From assembly GCA_038153405.1 (NCBI GenBank), contig JAYOYH010000067.1:1-20052 (forward strand): a stretch of DNA of 20,052 nucleotides, in the 5' to 3' direction. The DNA comes from Gemmatimonadota bacterium. GTDB lineage: Bacteria > Latescibacterota > UBA2968 > UBA8231. Made by a program: the position numbers and the translations under genes. The notes below the pieces were generated by a model that was not told the DNA's origin, did not search any database, and worked only from the letters and a program-made list of their open reading frames with translations. This document shows positions 1 to 7,108 of this stretch, one piece after another. Every line of letters begins with the position of its first letter. Within the stretch, counting starts at the first letter, position 1.

Positions 1-46
1 GCAATTTGGTGGACACAGCTCAAGGGCAAACACACCAACTGCTGGA

Positions 47-1231
47 TCACCTGTAGGGATAGCGATCGCGCACCGGATGCTTGGCCAGCTCTTCTTCAAT
101 GAGGTCGGCTCCCAGCCCAGGCCGATCGTTGAGCAGCAGATGCCCGTCGACAATCTCCAGCGGATGCGTCATAATGTCGTCGCGCCAGGGCGCATCGTCC
201 ACGTCCAGCTCCTGCACGTAAAAGTTGGGTACCGTTGCCGAGACGTGTGCCGAGACCAGCGTGTTGATCGGACTATGGCAGTTGTGCGGAGCAAAGAGCA
301 CGTCGTAGGCGTGCGCTAGGTCGGCCAGCTTCTTGCCCATTGTAATGCCGTTCCACGCCAGGTCGGGCATGGCTACGTCCATGGCGTGTAGCTCTAAATA
401 GGGCCTGTACTGGTGCGTGCCGAACAGGCTCTCTCCGGTGCAAATGGGCGTCGTCGTCGCATCGCGCACCGTGCGCAGCGCCTGCGGATCGAGGGTTTCC
501 GTCTCCAGCCACATCATGTCGTAGGGCTCCAGCGCGCGCGCCAATTTGATCGCCCCGCCCAGTCGGAACGAAAACGCCACGTCGAGCGCAATGCCAACGT
601 CGGGGCCGAGCCCCTCGCGGAACGCGCCGACGATGGCAGCGGCCTTGCGCGCGACAAAGGGCGGACAGTCGCCAGCCGTGCTGCTCTGCCAGTTGGGCAG
701 GCCGCCCTCGGGCAGGCCGCGCAAATCCATCAAGTTCGTCTTGATCGCTGTAAAACCGCGCCGCCGCACCTCGTCGCACAGCGCGCGCAGATCGTCTAGC
801 GTCTCGACGAGCTCGACGCCCAACTCGGCCGCGTGCCCGCGCGAACGCATGGAACCGCAGTGCGTCCAGTAGAGGCGCAGGCTGTCGCGCAGCTTGCCGC
901 CGAGCAGCTGCCATACCGGCGCGCCCAGCGCCTTGCCGCGAATGTCCCACAGGGCCGAGTCGATGCCAGCCATCGCCTTCCAGGCAATGCCGCCGGTATG
1001 GCGCACCGAGGCGGCGGCCAAATCCCACCAAATGGCTTCGACCTGCATAGGATCGCGGCCGATAATGCGTTCGGCATAGTGCTCGACCGTGCGCGCTATA
1101 GGTCCGTCGGCTCCCCAATCCGTGCAGTCACCCCAGCCAACTAGACCGGGTTCGCTGGTTTCGATTTTTACGAAGATCCACGGGCGAAACACGCCGTCTA
1201 CCAAAAAGGTTTTTACTGCCGTAATCTTCAC
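47..1231 (-). CDS. Enolase superfamily (mandelate racemase/muconate lactonizing) enzyme, galactonate dehydratase-like acid-sugar dehydratase, about 394 aa
   Basis: Start moved from 1372 to GTG at 1231 (VKITAVKTF...), with RBS GAGGA at 1243-1239. Capping-domain motifs GWGD and GIDSALWDIRGKALGAPVWQLLGG. Barrel motifs KTN, ALD, WLE, GESL, MPD, APHN, QEL and C-terminal RPGLG. Confidence 0.9.
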   Translation of the reverse strand: MKITAVKTFLVDGVFRPWIFVKIETSEPGLVGWGDCTDWGADGPIARTVEHYAERIIGRDPMQVEAIWWDLAAASVRHTGGIAWKAMAGIDSALWDIRGKALGAPVWQLLGGKLRDSLRLYWTHCGSMRSRGHAAELGVELVETLDDLRALCDEVRRRGFTAIKTNLMDLRGLPEGGLPNWQSSTAGDCPPFVARKAAAIVGAFREGLGPDVGIALDVAFSFRLGGAIKLARALEPYDMMWLETETLDPQALRTVRDATTTPICTGESLFGTHQYRPYLELHAMDVAMPDLAWNGITMGKKLADLAHAYDVLFAPHNCHSPINTLVSAHVSATVPNFYVQELDVDDAPWRDDIMTHPLEIVDGHLLLNDRPGLGADLIEEELAKHPVRDRYPYR

Positions 1232-1277
1232 TGCGCCGTCCTCGCTCGATGCGTGGCACGCATTGCGCATGCGCTCA

Positions 1278-2429
1278 TCACGCCTCCTCCACGACCATGC
1301 TGGCAAACTGGTCTTCGTCCCATTCGGCGCCCCAGCCCGGTAGGTCGTTGGGCGCGATATGGCCGTCCTCAATCAGCGGCGCGTTGAGCAGGCCCCACTG
1401 CTGCCCCGCCTTGCGCAAACCGTCGCCGCCAGCGTTGAAGTACTCGTAGTAATCCGTGTTGTCTATGCAGCAGCCCAAGTGCGCGTGGATGTGACCAAAC
1501 AGGCCGCCCTGGCCGTTCATTTCCACGTTGGTATTATGTAGCTCGGCCATATGCGCCAATTTCAACACCTGCGTCGCGCCGTGCCGAGCGTTGGCGCGCA
1601 GCCGGTCCGTCGCACCCTGAATTAGCCACTGCGATGTCAGTCCCATATCGTGCATCAGCATTTCCGTGCCCATGACGGGGATGGTCAGCTCGCGGCACAA
1701 TTCCTGATAGTGGTTCATCTTCTGCTCGTGCATCGGCTCTTCTAGCCAAACGAAATCGAGCTCCTCCAGCACGTGCCCCACTTCAATGGCCTCGCGCAGG
1801 TCATACGAGCACACCGGATCGGTGATCAGTGCGTAGTCGGGACCGACCTCCTGACGCACCTGCCGATAGATCGGTATGTCGGCCTTGCCGCCTTTGTAGG
1901 AGTGAAACTTATAGGCCTGAATTCCGCATACGCGGCCGGTCTCAATCTGCTTCAGATAACCCTCCACATCCATGTCGCCGCCCGTCAAGTACACGGGCAG
2001 CGCCGCTCGTACGCGACCCACCAGCGCATAGACCGGCAGTCCGGCGGCCTGGCCGAGCAGGTCCCACAGGCAGTTGTCAAAGTCGCCAAACCAGCCCGGC
2101 GGCTGGTAGACCCAGCGCGTGCCCTTGTATAATTGCTGAAAGAGCGCTTCGCGCTCCCACGCAGAGCGACCGACGGCGTGGTAGCGCACGATGTCGGCCT
2201 GGTGCGCATTCATCGTCGTGGTGCAGCGACTGACCAAGCCTTCATCCGTGTGCACTTCTATAATGTGCTGTCGGGCATAGCGCGGCGCTTCGTCGGACGA
2301 CGAGGGCGGGCGTCCTCGATGCGTGTACTGGATGCGGCGCAGTCCGGCCACCTGCGCAATTTCGTGTCCGCCGCCCGCCCGCGCGTTTCGATCTTCGAGC
2401 ACCTTCAGCTTGACATCTGTAATCTTCAT
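1278..2429 (-). CDS. Enolase superfamily (mandelate racemase-like, KxH subgroup) enzyme, about 383 aa
   Basis: Start moved from 2816 to ATG at 2429 (MKITDVKL...), with RBS AGGAG at 2440-2436. Motifs DNCLWDLLGQAAGLPVYALVG, YKFH, ITDP, WLEEP, GTEM, YYEY and LPGWG. Confidence 0.88.
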   Translation of the reverse strand: MKITDVKLKVLEDRNARAGGGHEIAQVAGLRRIQYTHRGRPPSSSDEAPRYARQHIIEVHTDEGLVSRCTTTMNAHQADIVRYHAVGRSAWEREALFQQLYKGTRWVYQPPGWFGDFDNCLWDLLGQAAGLPVYALVGRVRAALPVYLTGGDMDVEGYLKQIETGRVCGIQAYKFHSYKGGKADIPIYRQVRQEVGPDYALITDPVCSYDLREAIEVGHVLEELDFVWLEEPMHEQKMNHYQELCRELTIPVMGTEMLMHDMGLTSQWLIQGATDRLRANARHGATQVLKLAHMAELHNTNVEMNGQGGLFGHIHAHLGCCIDNTDYYEYFNAGGDGLRKAGQQWGLLNAPLIEDGHIAPNDLPGWGAEWDEDQFASMVVEEA

Positions 2430-2468
2430 TGCACGCTCCTTTTGCATGGCGCCGCGCCGCGCCTCTAT

Positions 2469-2489
2469 GGCAAGCAGCATATGCTTGCC
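2469..2489. promoter_or_regulatory. Operator-like inverted repeat GGCAAGCA-N5-TGCTTGCC
   Basis: Perfect 8-bp arms at 2469-2476 and 2482-2489. It overlaps the -10 of the minus-strand promoter and the -35 of the plus-strand promoter. Confidence 0.5.
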
Positions 2490-2504
2490 CCGCACACCTG
2501 TCAA
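2476..2504 (-). promoter_or_regulatory. sigma70-type promoter for the 2429-1278 and 1231-47 enolase genes
   Basis: Minus strand TTGACA (2504-2499), a 17-nt spacer, then TATGCT (2481-2476). The -35 is perfect and the -10 fits TAnnnT. Confidence 0.7.
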
Positions 2505-2513
2505 GCGTATCCT
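2485..2513 (+). promoter_or_regulatory. sigma70-type promoter candidate for the gene starting at 2580
   Basis: TTGCCC (2485-2490), a 17-nt spacer, then TATCCT (2508-2513). It overlaps the divergent minus-strand promoter. Confidence 0.45.
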
Positions 2514-2579
2514 ACTTCCTGCTGCGCCCCGCATAAATCGGCATCTGCAACGCATGAGAACACAGGAGATTTTAGCGCC

Positions 2580-3710
2580 GTGAAGATTGCATCCGTAGAG
2601 ACATTTGACCTCCGCTGTGCCATAGAGCCTTCCTTTGGCTGGTCGCAGGGCTGGGTCGACCAGCGCGCAACCACGCTGGTCAAAATCACCACCGATGACG
2701 GACTCGTCGGCTGGGGCGAAGGGGCAGCCAAACCGCTGATCGACGGCCTGCTCGCCCCGCTCGTCATCGGCGAAGATCCCCTGCAGCGAGCCGGGCTGTG
2801 GGAGCGCATGTTTCACGCCCTCTATAACGCCAACAATTTCGTCGGTCTGGCCGGCAGCGCGCTGAGCGCGGTCGACATAGCGCTGTGGGACCTAGCCGGC
2901 AAAGCGGCCGACCTACCCGTGCACGCCCTGCTCGGCGGCAAGGTGCGCGATCGGGTCGCCGTCTACGCAACCGGCCTCTACTACACGGAGGGCGAGTTGC
3001 CCTACCGGCTGCTCGACGAAGCGCACTCCTACGTCGAACAAGGCTTTACGGGGATGAAGACCAAAGTCGGGGGTCTGAGCGTGGAAGAGGACGTGCGCCG
3101 CGTGCGCGCGCTGCGCGAGGCCATTGGCCCAGATGTGCACTTGATGATCGATGCCAACGAGGGCTACAATGCCGCCACGGCCATTCGCATCGGACAGAAG
3201 CTGGCCGATCTCGATTTAATGTGGTTTGAAGAACCGGTCAACGCGCAGGATATCGACGCCTATCTGCAAGTAAAGGCCGCCCTGCCAATGGCTATTGCCG
3301 GCGGAGAAAACCTGCGCACGCGCTTTGAGTTCAAAGACTATCTAGCACGCCGCGCCTACGATATTGTCCAGCCGGATGTAATGCACTGCGGCGGCCTGAC
3401 GGAAATGGCGCGCATATGCGCCATGGCCAGCGCGCACGGCATCCTGGTCAACCCGCACGTGTGGGGATCGCCGGTGATGATCGCCGCCTCGCTGCATCTG
3501 GCAGCGACCCTGCCGCCGTGCCCTCCCGCACGCAACCCGCTGCCCTACGCACAAGAACCCGTAATGGAGTTTGACCGCACCCCCAGTGCCATTCGCCAGC
3601 AGGTGTGTGCCAACCCCTTTGAGCAGCAAGATAGCTCTATTGCGGTGCCCGATGCGCCAGGTCTAGGCGTTGATGTCGATGAGCACGTCGTGCGCCAACT
3701 GAGCGTTTGA
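2580..3710 (+). CDS. Enolase superfamily enzyme, D-galactarolactone cycloisomerase (Gci)-like, about 376 aa
   Basis: Start moved from 2133 to GTG at 2580, with RBS AGGAG at 2564-2568. KxK (KTK), MIDAN, WFEEP, AGGE, QPD, PHVWG and MEFDRT recall Agrobacterium Gci (YATG, PHVWG, EPIMEFDRT). The family is secure, the exact substrate is not. Confidence 0.85.
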   Translation: MKIASVETFDLRCAIEPSFGWSQGWVDQRATTLVKITTDDGLVGWGEGAAKPLIDGLLAPLVIGEDPLQRAGLWERMFHALYNANNFVGLAGSALSAVDIALWDLAGKAADLPVHALLGGKVRDRVAVYATGLYYTEGELPYRLLDEAHSYVEQGFTGMKTKVGGLSVEEDVRRVRALREAIGPDVHLMIDANEGYNAATAIRIGQKLADLDLMWFEEPVNAQDIDAYLQVKAALPMAIAGGENLRTRFEFKDYLARRAYDIVQPDVMHCGGLTEMARICAMASAHGILVNPHVWGSPVMIAASLHLAATLPPCPPARNPLPYAQEPVMEFDRTPSAIRQQVCANPFEQQDSSIAVPDAPGLGVDVDEHVVRQLSV

Positions 3711-3929
3711 GACCCATCTGAGCAGAAGCTGCTGGCAGAGGCCGAGACCTGCTCGTATTTTATTAGCCGTGGTGTGGCCAATATACGGGGTAGCGCCAGC
3801 GGCACCGATCCACGTACTCCGACCTCTGTATGGAGGCGCCATATCGTCGCCGGCGCGCCCCGAACTCGACCCTCCACCGAGAACACTAGACGCGATAGAC
3901 AACCCGTACCGATTGGACGCATTCGCCCA

Positions 3930-4571
3930 ATGCTCACAGCAGCAGAAACGCTGGCGCGCCTGCGCGCGGGCAACCAGCGCTACGTAAGCAACGTCATCAG
4001 CATCGATGCCCTGACTAGCCACGCTCGGCGCGCCGAGTTGGCACCTGGACAGACGCCTTCAGCCATCATATTGGGGTGTTCCGACTCGCGCGTGCCGGCC
4101 GAGCTCGTTTTCGATCAGGGTCTCGGCAGCCTCTTCGTCGTGCGCGTGGCCGGCAATATCGTCGCCCCATCGCAGGTCGGCAGCGTCGAGTTTGCCGCCG
4201 AAAACCTCGGGTGCCGATTGGTGGTGGTGCTCGGTCACACGCAGTGCGGCGCCGTCAACGCCGCCGTGCAGCAGCAGCGCCAACCCTCATACGGTCAATC
4301 GACCAATCTGCGCGCCATCGTCGACCGCGTGCGCCGCTCCGTAGAAGACGAGCTAAAGATCAATCCGCTGGCCAATGACGAGACGCTCATCGAACGCGCC
4401 GTGCGCGCCAATGTGCGCGCCTCGACGCACTTGCTGCGCCACGGCTCGCTCGTCCTCGAACGCCTGATTCGCAACGAGGGGCTAGCCGTCGTCGGCGCCG
4501 AGTACTCGCTGGAGACGGGCATAGTCGACTTTTTTGACGGCGCCGACGGAATAGAGCGCGATGCCCCGTAG
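3930..4571 (+). CDS. Beta-class carbonic anhydrase, about 213 aa
   Basis: Zn ligand motifs GCSDSRVP and LGHTQCGAV, plus VRVAGN and the N-terminal L..GNQRY typical of beta-CAs. Likely start is ATG 3930 (MLTAAETL), not 3774. Confidence 0.93.
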   Translation: MLTAAETLARLRAGNQRYVSNVISIDALTSHARRAELAPGQTPSAIILGCSDSRVPAELVFDQGLGSLFVVRVAGNIVAPSQVGSVEFAAENLGCRLVVVLGHTQCGAVNAAVQQQRQPSYGQSTNLRAIVDRVRRSVEDELKINPLANDETLIERAVRANVRASTHLLRHGSLVLERLIRNEGLAVVGAEYSLETGIVDFFDGADGIERDAP

Positions 4572-4622
4572 ACCAACCCGTGCGCGCTCCCGCTCGCGCC
4601 GCAGGAAAAGGACGTTATACCA

Positions 4623-6185
4623 ATGCCCATTAAAGTAGCCGTCATCGGTGCGGGTAGTATCGGCTTTACCCGCCGCCTCATGCGCGACATTCTCTCCGTG
4701 CCGGAGTTGGCCGACTGCGAATTCGCCTTTCACGATATCAACAAGCACAACCTCGAAATGATTGCGCAGCTGGCCAAGCGCGACATCGAAGCCAACACAT
4801 TGCCCGCCAAGCTCAGCACCAGCACCCAGCGACGCAGAGCGCTGGATGGCGCTGATTACGTGCTCAACACCACGCGCATTGGCGGCCTCGACGCCTTTGC
4901 TTTCGACGTGGACATACCGCTCAAATACGGCATCGATCAGTGCGTTGGCGACACGCTCTGCGCGGGGGGCATTATGTATGGCCAGCGCAATATTCCGCAG
5001 GTGCTGGCCTTTTGCAAAGACATCCGCGAAGTGGCAGCCGACGACGCGCTCTTTCTCAACTACGCCAATCCGATGGCGATGAATACCTGGGCCGCTCTCG
5101 AATACGGCGGCGTCCGCACGGTGGGTCTGTGCCACGGCGTGCAGGGCGGCCACAACCAGATTTGCCAGGTAATTGAGCTGCTAGTCAACAAAGGCAAGAA
5201 GCCGGGCGCAAAGAGCTACAAGCGCGTGACAAAAAAGGACGTGGATATCGTCGCCTCGGGCATCAACCATCAGACTTGGTACGTCAGCGTGCTGTACGAG
5301 GGTGAAGACTGGACCGGGCGCCTGCTGGAGGGCTTTGAACAGCACCCCGTTTTTAAAAAGACCGAGAAGGTGCGCATCGACATGCTGCGCCGCTTTGGCT
5401 ACTACAGCACCGAGTCCAACGGCCATCTGTCAGAGTACGTGCCCTGGTATCGCAAACGACCGCGCGAAATTCGCAGTTGGATCGACCTGAGCCGCAGCTG
5501 GATCGACGGCGAAACCGGCGGCTACCTGCGCGTCTGCACGGAGGGGCGCAACTGGTTTGAAACGGATTTTCCCAACTGGATGAAGGCCGAGCCGCCCATC
5601 TTCTCCTACGAGACGCGCTCGGATGAACACGGCTCGTGGATTATCGAGGCGCTGGAAACGGGGCGCACCTACCGCGGTCATTTCAACGTGCGCAACGACG
5701 GCATCGTGCCCAACCTGCCCGCCGAAGCCATCGTCGAAGTGCCGGGCTACGTAGACAAAAACGGTATCAATATCGCGCAGCTGGACGAGCTACCGCGCGG
5801 CTGCGCGGCCGTGTGTAACGCATCCATTGCCGTACAGGGCCTGGCCACCGAAGCCGCCGTGCACGGCGACATCGACCTGCTGCGCCAAGCCTTTATGATG
5901 GATCCACTGGTCGGCGCCGTGTGCAATCCGCCGGAGATATGGCAAATGGTCGACGAGATGCTCGTCGCCCAAGCCCCTTGGCTGCCGCAGTACAAGCGGG
6001 AGATCGCCGCTGCGAAAAAGCGCCTGGCCGGTGCAAAGCGCTTGGGCACCAAAAGCACCAAGGGCGCAGCGCGCCTCAAGGTAAAGAGCGTCGCCGAAAT
6101 GAAGCGCAACGCGGCAGCGGCGCGCAAAAATGCCGATGCGGCCGACAAGGGCAGCCTAGCCGGTAAGAAGGGTGCGCGGCGCTAA
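4623..6185 (+). CDS. melA: Glycoside hydrolase family 4 NAD+/Mn2+-dependent alpha-galactosidase/alpha-glucosidase (MelA-like), 520 aa
   Basis: IGAGS NAD-binding start, QCVGDTLCAGG, LNYANPM, GLCHG (metal Cys), GINHQTW, TESNGHLSEYVPWY and VEVP. RBS AAGGA at about 4608-4612. Confidence 0.88.
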   Translation: MPIKVAVIGAGSIGFTRRLMRDILSVPELADCEFAFHDINKHNLEMIAQLAKRDIEANTLPAKLSTSTQRRRALDGADYVLNTTRIGGLDAFAFDVDIPLKYGIDQCVGDTLCAGGIMYGQRNIPQVLAFCKDIREVAADDALFLNYANPMAMNTWAALEYGGVRTVGLCHGVQGGHNQICQVIELLVNKGKKPGAKSYKRVTKKDVDIVASGINHQTWYVSVLYEGEDWTGRLLEGFEQHPVFKKTEKVRIDMLRRFGYYSTESNGHLSEYVPWYRKRPREIRSWIDLSRSWIDGETGGYLRVCTEGRNWFETDFPNWMKAEPPIFSYETRSDEHGSWIIEALETGRTYRGHFNVRNDGIVPNLPAEAIVEVPGYVDKNGINIAQLDELPRGCAAVCNASIAVQGLATEAAVHGDIDLLRQAFMMDPLVGAVCNPPEIWQMVDEMLVAQAPWLPQYKREIAAAKKRLAGAKRLGTKSTKGAARLKVKSVAEMKRNAAAARKNADAADKGSLAGKKGARR

Positions 6186-6259
6186 AGCGTCCGGCCATGC
6201 ACCAAATATTACCGCGCGCAGCGCGCGATGATAGCGCGCCTCAGATAGGATAGTCCTCC

Positions 6260-7084
6260 GTGAAGCTAGGCATCTTCAGCAAGACCTTTATCCGCCCCAC
6301 GCTCGACCAAACCTGTGCCGCCATTGCCGCGCACGGTCTGCAGTCGGTGCAGTTCAACTGGGAGTCGGCCGGCTTGGATGAAATGCCGCAGGACCTATCG
6401 GCGAACCTATGCGACGATCTGCGCCATAGTTTGCAGGTGCACGGCCTCGAGCTGGCGGCCGTGTCGGGCACCTTCAATATGATCCACCCCGAGCACGGCC
6501 GGGAAGGGCTGCGGCGCCTCGAGGTATTGGCCTCGGCCTGCGGCGCACTCGGCGTGCGCCTGATCACGCTGTGCACCGGCACGCGCCACCCCGATAACCA
6601 ATGGCGTTATCACCCGGACAACGCTGCTCAAGAGGCCTGGGATGATCTGTGCGCGGCCATGCGCACGGCCGCACAGATTGCCGAGGCGCGCGACGTAGTG
6701 CTCGTTTTCGAACCGGAAGTCAACAACGTGGTCGACTCGGCGCAGAAAGCACGACGCCTGCTCGACCACATCGCCTCCGATCACCTAAAAGTCGTCATCG
6801 ACGGAGCCAACCTATTTCACAAGGGCGAGCTACCGCGCATGCGCGAGGTTCTCGACGAGGCCTTCCAGCTGCTCGGCGACGACATCTTGTTGGCTCACGC
6901 CAAGGACCTAGAGCGCGACGGCGACGCCGGCCACCAGGCCGCCGGCACTGGCGTGCTCGACTACTCGCACTATTTGTCGTGCCTCGATCGCATTGGCTTT
7001 GCCGGTAGCGTTATCCTGCACAGCTTGAGCGAAGAGCAGACGCCCCTGTCCATAGACTATCTGCGCCAGCGCTGGCCGCGCTGA
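6260..7084 (+). CDS. Sugar phosphate isomerase/epimerase family protein (xylose isomerase-like TIM barrel), 274 aa
   Basis: GTG start with AGGA at 6247-6250. Metal-site motifs FEPE, IDGAN, AHAKD and G.G.LDY, with His (ILHSL) at the position of the last ligand. Confidence 0.85.
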   Translation: MKLGIFSKTFIRPTLDQTCAAIAAHGLQSVQFNWESAGLDEMPQDLSANLCDDLRHSLQVHGLELAAVSGTFNMIHPEHGREGLRRLEVLASACGALGVRLITLCTGTRHPDNQWRYHPDNAAQEAWDDLCAAMRTAAQIAEARDVVLVFEPEVNNVVDSAQKARRLLDHIASDHLKVVIDGANLFHKGELPRMREVLDEAFQLLGDDILLAHAKDLERDGDAGHQAAGTGVLDYSHYLSCLDRIGFAGSVILHSLSEEQTPLSIDYLRQRWPR

Positions 7085-7108
7085 CTCGCCGCTGTATACG
7101 AGCGCCTG

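Noticed and set aside
1..46. Imperfect inverted repeat TTGGTG...CACCAA or the end of a neighbouring gene at the left edge
   Set aside because: Too little context to interpret.
1232..1372. N-terminal extensions in the ORF track (also 3774-3929, 10229-10342, 11331-11570, 15667-16248, 15951-16076)
   Set aside because: They are Arg/Pro/Ala-rich sequence overlapping neighbouring genes or promoters, and better-supported starts lie downstream.
2133..2816. Apparent 680-bp antisense overlap of the ORFs 1278-2816 (-) and 2133-3710 (+)
   Set aside because: An artefact of longest-ORF starts. Family-typical N-termini and RBSs place the starts at 2429 and 2580, leaving a 150-bp divergent promoter region.
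3708..3760. UGA plus downstream hairpin as a selenocysteine/SECIS signal
   Set aside because: The UGA is at the normal end of the enolase fold, not at a catalytic Cys position, and the stem is short.
6207..6233. Hairpin TATTAC-CGCGCGC-A-GCGCGCG-ATGATA after the GH4 gene as an intrinsic terminator
   Set aside because: There is no U-tract, and alternating CG runs self-pair trivially in this genome. At most a pause or stability stem.
7085..7108. Bidirectional terminators at the convergent junctions 7085-7108 and 14569-14609
   Set aside because: No convincing GC stem flanked by T/A tracts.
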